Shown here one piece after another: positions 27,820-30,707 of a DNA stretch of 30,707 bases (position 1 is the first letter of the stretch; the number at the start of each line of letters is the position of its first letter). The position numbers and the translations under genes are program-made. The stretch covers positions 1 through 30,707 of the forward strand of contig CAZLNF010000001.1 in NCBI GenBank assembly GCA_964560885.1, in the 5' to 3' direction. Below the pieces are notes generated by a model. The model was not told the DNA's origin. It made no database searches and worked only from the letters and a program-made list of their open reading frames with translations. This DNA is from an uncultured Actinomyces sp. GTDB lineage: Bacteria; Actinomycetota; Actinomycetes; S36-B12.

Positions 27820-28824
27820 TCACAGCCAGCCCGACTTCTTGAAGCCGCGGTAGAGGAGTAGGCAGATGATGAGCATCAACCCAAGCACGGACGGATAGCC
27901 GAAGGTCCAGTGGAGCTCGGGCATATCGTCGAAGTTCATGCCATAGATGCCGGCAATCGCCGTGGGGACGGCGATGATGGCTGCCCACGCGGAGATCTTG
28001 CGCATGTCCATGTTCTGGAGAAGGTCCTGGCGCGCGGTGCTCGCCATGAGCATCGTCATGAGCGTGGAATCGAAGCCGTCGATCATGTCGCCGGAGCGCA
28101 GGATGTCGTCGCCGACGTCGCGCAGATAGGGGTGCAGCGGGGGAGGCACAAGAGGAGACGTGTCCCGCGAGAGGCGCAAGGCCTCGGGGAGCAGAGGTTG
28201 GACCGCCCGGCGCATTTCGATGTTCTCCCGATTGAGCCGGTAGATGCGGGTGGCGGCCTGGGAGGGGTGGTCGGAGAAGACCTGCTGCTCGATCTCCTCG
28301 ATGTCGGACTGGATCGCATCCCCCACCTCGAGATACTGACGTGCGACGACGTCGGCAATGGCCCAGAAGACGGATAGGGGCCCGGTGGCCGCGAGTTCGG
28401 GATGGGACGCGAGTCGTGCGGCGACGATGTCGGTGTCCTCAGCGCGGCCCATGCGCATCGTGATGGCGTAGCCGGGCCCGATGAAGCACGCCACCTGTCC
28501 CGTCTCGACGTCAGATGTGTCGTCAACCCACTCGAGCACCTTGAGGAGCACGAAGAGGCTCCGGTCCCCGATCTCAAGCTTGGCCCGCTGCTGACGGGAG
28601 GTGGCGTCCTCGAGCAGCAGGGGCTCGAGAGCGAAGGTGTGGGCGACGAGGTCGACCTCAGCCCTGTCGGGATCGGAGAGGGCGATCCAGGTGAAGTCCG
28701 ATGGCGCGCTCACGGCATCGCGCGCTGCCTCGATGTCGGCGCCTGACGGACCCGTGCCTGTGCTCGCCGGGGCCGGCGCGGGCGCGAGCCGGCCATCCCG
28801 GTACACCCCCATGATCCGGATCAT
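27820..28824 (-). CDS. corA: CorA-family magnesium/cobalt transporter
   Basis: MRKISAWAAI, YGMNF signature, MPELHWTFGYP; SD GGGAGGAG. Confidence 0.93.
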   Translation of the reverse strand: MIRIMGVYRDGRLAPAPAPASTGTGPSGADIEAARDAVSAPSDFTWIALSDPDRAEVDLVAHTFALEPLLLEDATSRQQRAKLEIGDRSLFVLLKVLEWVDDTSDVETGQVACFIGPGYAITMRMGRAEDTDIVAARLASHPELAATGPLSVFWAIADVVARQYLEVGDAIQSDIEEIEQQVFSDHPSQAATRIYRLNRENIEMRRAVQPLLPEALRLSRDTSPLVPPPLHPYLRDVGDDILRSGDMIDGFDSTLMTMLMASTARQDLLQNMDMRKISAWAAIIAVPTAIAGIYGMNFDDMPELHWTFGYPSVLGLMLIICLLLYRGFKKSGWL

Positions 28825-28865
28825 GTGACTCCTCCCGTGGCGGCCCGCGACCCCCGGTGGTCCGA

Positions 28866-28871
28866 TAGCGT
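28866..28871 (+). promoter_or_regulatory. Putative -10 element (TAGCGT) for the leaderless histidine phosphatase gene
   Basis: 6 nt upstream of ATG 28878. Confidence 0.5.
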
Positions 28872-28877
28872 CACCGC

Positions 28878-29558
28878 ATGCCGCTGGTCATTCTCGTCCG
28901 ACATGGTCGCACGCAGGCCAATGCGAGCGGGATCCTCGCCGGATGGACACCCGGCGTACATCTGGACGACAAGGGGATAGCCCAGGCGGAGGCGGCCGCC
29001 GGGCGGCTCAGTGCGCTCCGCCTCGCGGCCATCGTGAGCAGTCCGCTGGAGCGCACTGTGCAGACGGCGGAGGCGATCAACCTGGCTCAGCGTCGCCCAC
29101 CCGGGATCGAGCTCGACGAGCGGCTGGGCGAGTGTCGCTACGGCGAATGGACCAATCGCCCCCTGTCGGAACTCGCGAAGACACCACTGTGGCGCACCGT
29201 GCAGGAGCGGCCGAGCGCGGTCACCTTCCCCGAAGGTGAGTCGCTTCCGCACATGCAGGCCCGTGCCCTCGCAGCCGTGCATGAGTGGAATGACGTGGTC
29301 GGAGATCGCGCGACCTACGCGATCGTCTCGCACGGCGATGTGATCAAGGCGATTCTGGCGGATGCGTTGGGGGCGCACCTCGATGAGTTCCAGCGCATCG
29401 TCGTGGACCCCGCGTCGGTGTCGGTGGTCAGATATGGCACGCGCGGCGTGCAAGTCCTCCACGTGAATGACAGCGGCTCCGATCTGGCACCCCTGGCGCG
29501 GACTCGCTCGCGTCGCCGCGTAGAAGGCACGGTGGGAGGCGGCTCGGGGGAGCGATAG
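28878..29558 (+). CDS. Histidine phosphatase family protein (MSMEG_4193-like putative phosphomutase)
   Basis: LVRHG catalytic motif, SSPLERT, ECRYGEW, FPEGES, VSHGDVIK. Confidence 0.9.
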   Translation: MPLVILVRHGRTQANASGILAGWTPGVHLDDKGIAQAEAAAGRLSALRLAAIVSSPLERTVQTAEAINLAQRRPPGIELDERLGECRYGEWTNRPLSELAKTPLWRTVQERPSAVTFPEGESLPHMQARALAAVHEWNDVVGDRATYAIVSHGDVIKAILADALGAHLDEFQRIVVDPASVSVVRYGTRGVQVLHVNDSGSDLAPLARTRSRRRVEGTVGGGSGER

Positions 29559-29584
29559 TCCCGATGCCCGGATACGGTGACGGG

Positions 29585-30124
29585 ATGCCGCGCCGAATCC
29601 ACGCCTATGTCGACCCGCGAAGGTTCGTCGCAGGAACCGTGGGGCTCCCGGGTGAGCGCACCTTCTATCTCCAGGCAAGCGATGACCGCTCGGTGACCTC
29701 GGTGGCGCTGGAGAAGGCGCAGGTCGCGATGCTCGCCGACCGCATCGGGGGCCTCCTCGCGCAGGCCGGCATCCCTGAAGCAGCCGGAACCGACGATCAT
29801 GAGGCTCTCGCCCTGCCGCTCGAGGAGGAGTTCCGGGTGGGCACCCTCGGGATCGCGTGGCTTCCCGATGGCGAAGACGGCGATCGTGTCCTCGTGGAGG
29901 CGCATGCGCTGGGTGACGAAGAGGCGGCGGAACCCGGCGACGACGATGACGATGCCGCGGACACCCTCCGGGTGCTGCTGCGGCCGGACGCCGCGGCGAG
30001 TTTCGTGAGACGCGCCCGCACCCTGGTGGCCGCGGGACGACCGCCATGTCCCTTCTGCCTTCAGCCCCTCGACCCCGCTGGCCATGTGTGCCCCCGGGCC
30101 AACGGCTATCGGCGTCGGGTGTGA
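29585..30124 (+). CDS. DUF3090 family protein with C-terminal CxxC...HxC motif
   Basis: RFVAGTVGLPGERTFYLQA, LEKAQV, EEFRVG, GRPPCPFC.QPLDP.GHVCPRANG. ATG 29585 lies 6 nt after TACGGT. Confidence 0.88.
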   Translation: MPRRIHAYVDPRRFVAGTVGLPGERTFYLQASDDRSVTSVALEKAQVAMLADRIGGLLAQAGIPEAAGTDDHEALALPLEEEFRVGTLGIAWLPDGEDGDRVLVEAHALGDEEAAEPGDDDDDAADTLRVLLRPDAAASFVRRARTLVAAGRPPCPFCLQPLDPAGHVCPRANGYRRRV

Positions 30125-30707
30125 CCGAGTCCATCGACGACCTCGAGCTCATCCTCGCCACGGCCGAGATCGATGTCGAGGGGCGCTTGTGGGATTCCTC
30201 CAACGCGGCCATGCGGGTGTCCTGCTCCAGTGGTGGCGAGGCCGTGCGGGCGGTCTACAAGCCACGCAGGGGCGAGCGTCCGCTCTGGGACTTCCCCACG
30301 GGCACGCTGGGCTGCCGTGAGGTCGCGACGTACGTCGTGGATCGTGCCCTCGGCTGGGAGCTGGTCCCCGTCACGGTCTGGCGCGACGATGCGCCGCTTG
30401 GTCCCGGGAGCCTTCAGGCGTGGGTGGAGGTCGATCCCGAGCGGCCTCCCGTCGATGTGGTCGACGCGGGTGCGCTCCCCGAGGGATGGCACGTCGTCGC
30501 CGAAGGCGAGGGCGCCAGGGGAGACCACGTGGCGCTGGTCCACGAGGACTCGGAGGATCTGCGACGCCTCGCCCTGCTTGATGCACTGACCAACAACGCC
30601 GACCGCAAGGGCGGGCACGTGCTGAGATCGGCCCGGGGCACGCTGGCCGGCATCGACCACGGCCTGACCTTCCATGTCGAGCCCAAACTGCGCACCGTCC
30701 TGTGGGG
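30121..30707 (+). CDS. SCO1664-family atypical (PI3/4-kinase-like) kinase, 3'-truncated by the window edge
   Basis: Not in the ORF track (no stop in window). GTG overlaps the DUF3090 stop (GTGA). Reads GRLWDSSNA...VYKPRRGERPLWDFPTGTL.REVA...GPGSLQAW...NNADRKGGH...GIDHGLTFHVEPKLRTVLW. Confidence 0.9.
   Translation, partial: MTESIDDLELILATAEIDVEGRLWDSSNAAMRVSCSSGGEAVRAVYKPRRGERPLWDFPTGTLGCREVATYVVDRALGWELVPVTVWRDDAPLGPGSLQAWVEVDPERPPVDVVDAGALPEGWHVVAEGEGARGDHVALVHEDSEDLRRLALLDALTNNADRKGGHVLRSARGTLAGIDHGLTFHVEPKLRTVLW

Noticed and set aside
1-30707. CRISPR arrays, IS elements, integrases, rRNA, known riboswitch aptamers
   Set aside because: No regularly spaced repeats, transposase or recombinase motifs, terminal inverted repeats or recognisable Rfam consensus were seen by eye.

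Overview
High-GC actinobacterial chromosomal segment (Actinomycetes; no integrase, transposase, CRISPR array or rRNA seen). Both flanks are conserved actinomycete neighbourhoods. Left: trkA, KimA/YdaO-like APC permease, asnB, acnA, hypothetical gene, dxs, RNase D, DUF3000, msrB, DUF4916. Right: tRNA-Leu(GAG), M20 peptidase, DUF5703, aldo/keto reductase, F420-type LLM, uppP, corA, histidine phosphatase, DUF3090, SCO1664-family kinase-like gene (partial). The accessory block at about 12.4-23.1 kb holds a crotonase-family gene, two Gfo/Idh/MocA oxidoreductases, a small membrane protein plus a DsbB-like gene, a HicA-fold gene plus a release-factor-like (aeRF1/baeRF/host-attachment-like) gene, an SDR, a meta-cleavage-type hydrolase, a GluQ-like protein, an NCS2 purine permease and an MFS transporter. 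The best candidate for an undescribed system is the two-gene HicA-fold + release-factor-like operon (16627-17395), which has no HicB and in which both proteins appear to have lost their usual catalytic residues. Many genes look leaderless (TANNNT/CANNNT 6-7 nt before the start), which I used to refine start codons. All family calls come from motif recognition by eye, not database searches.
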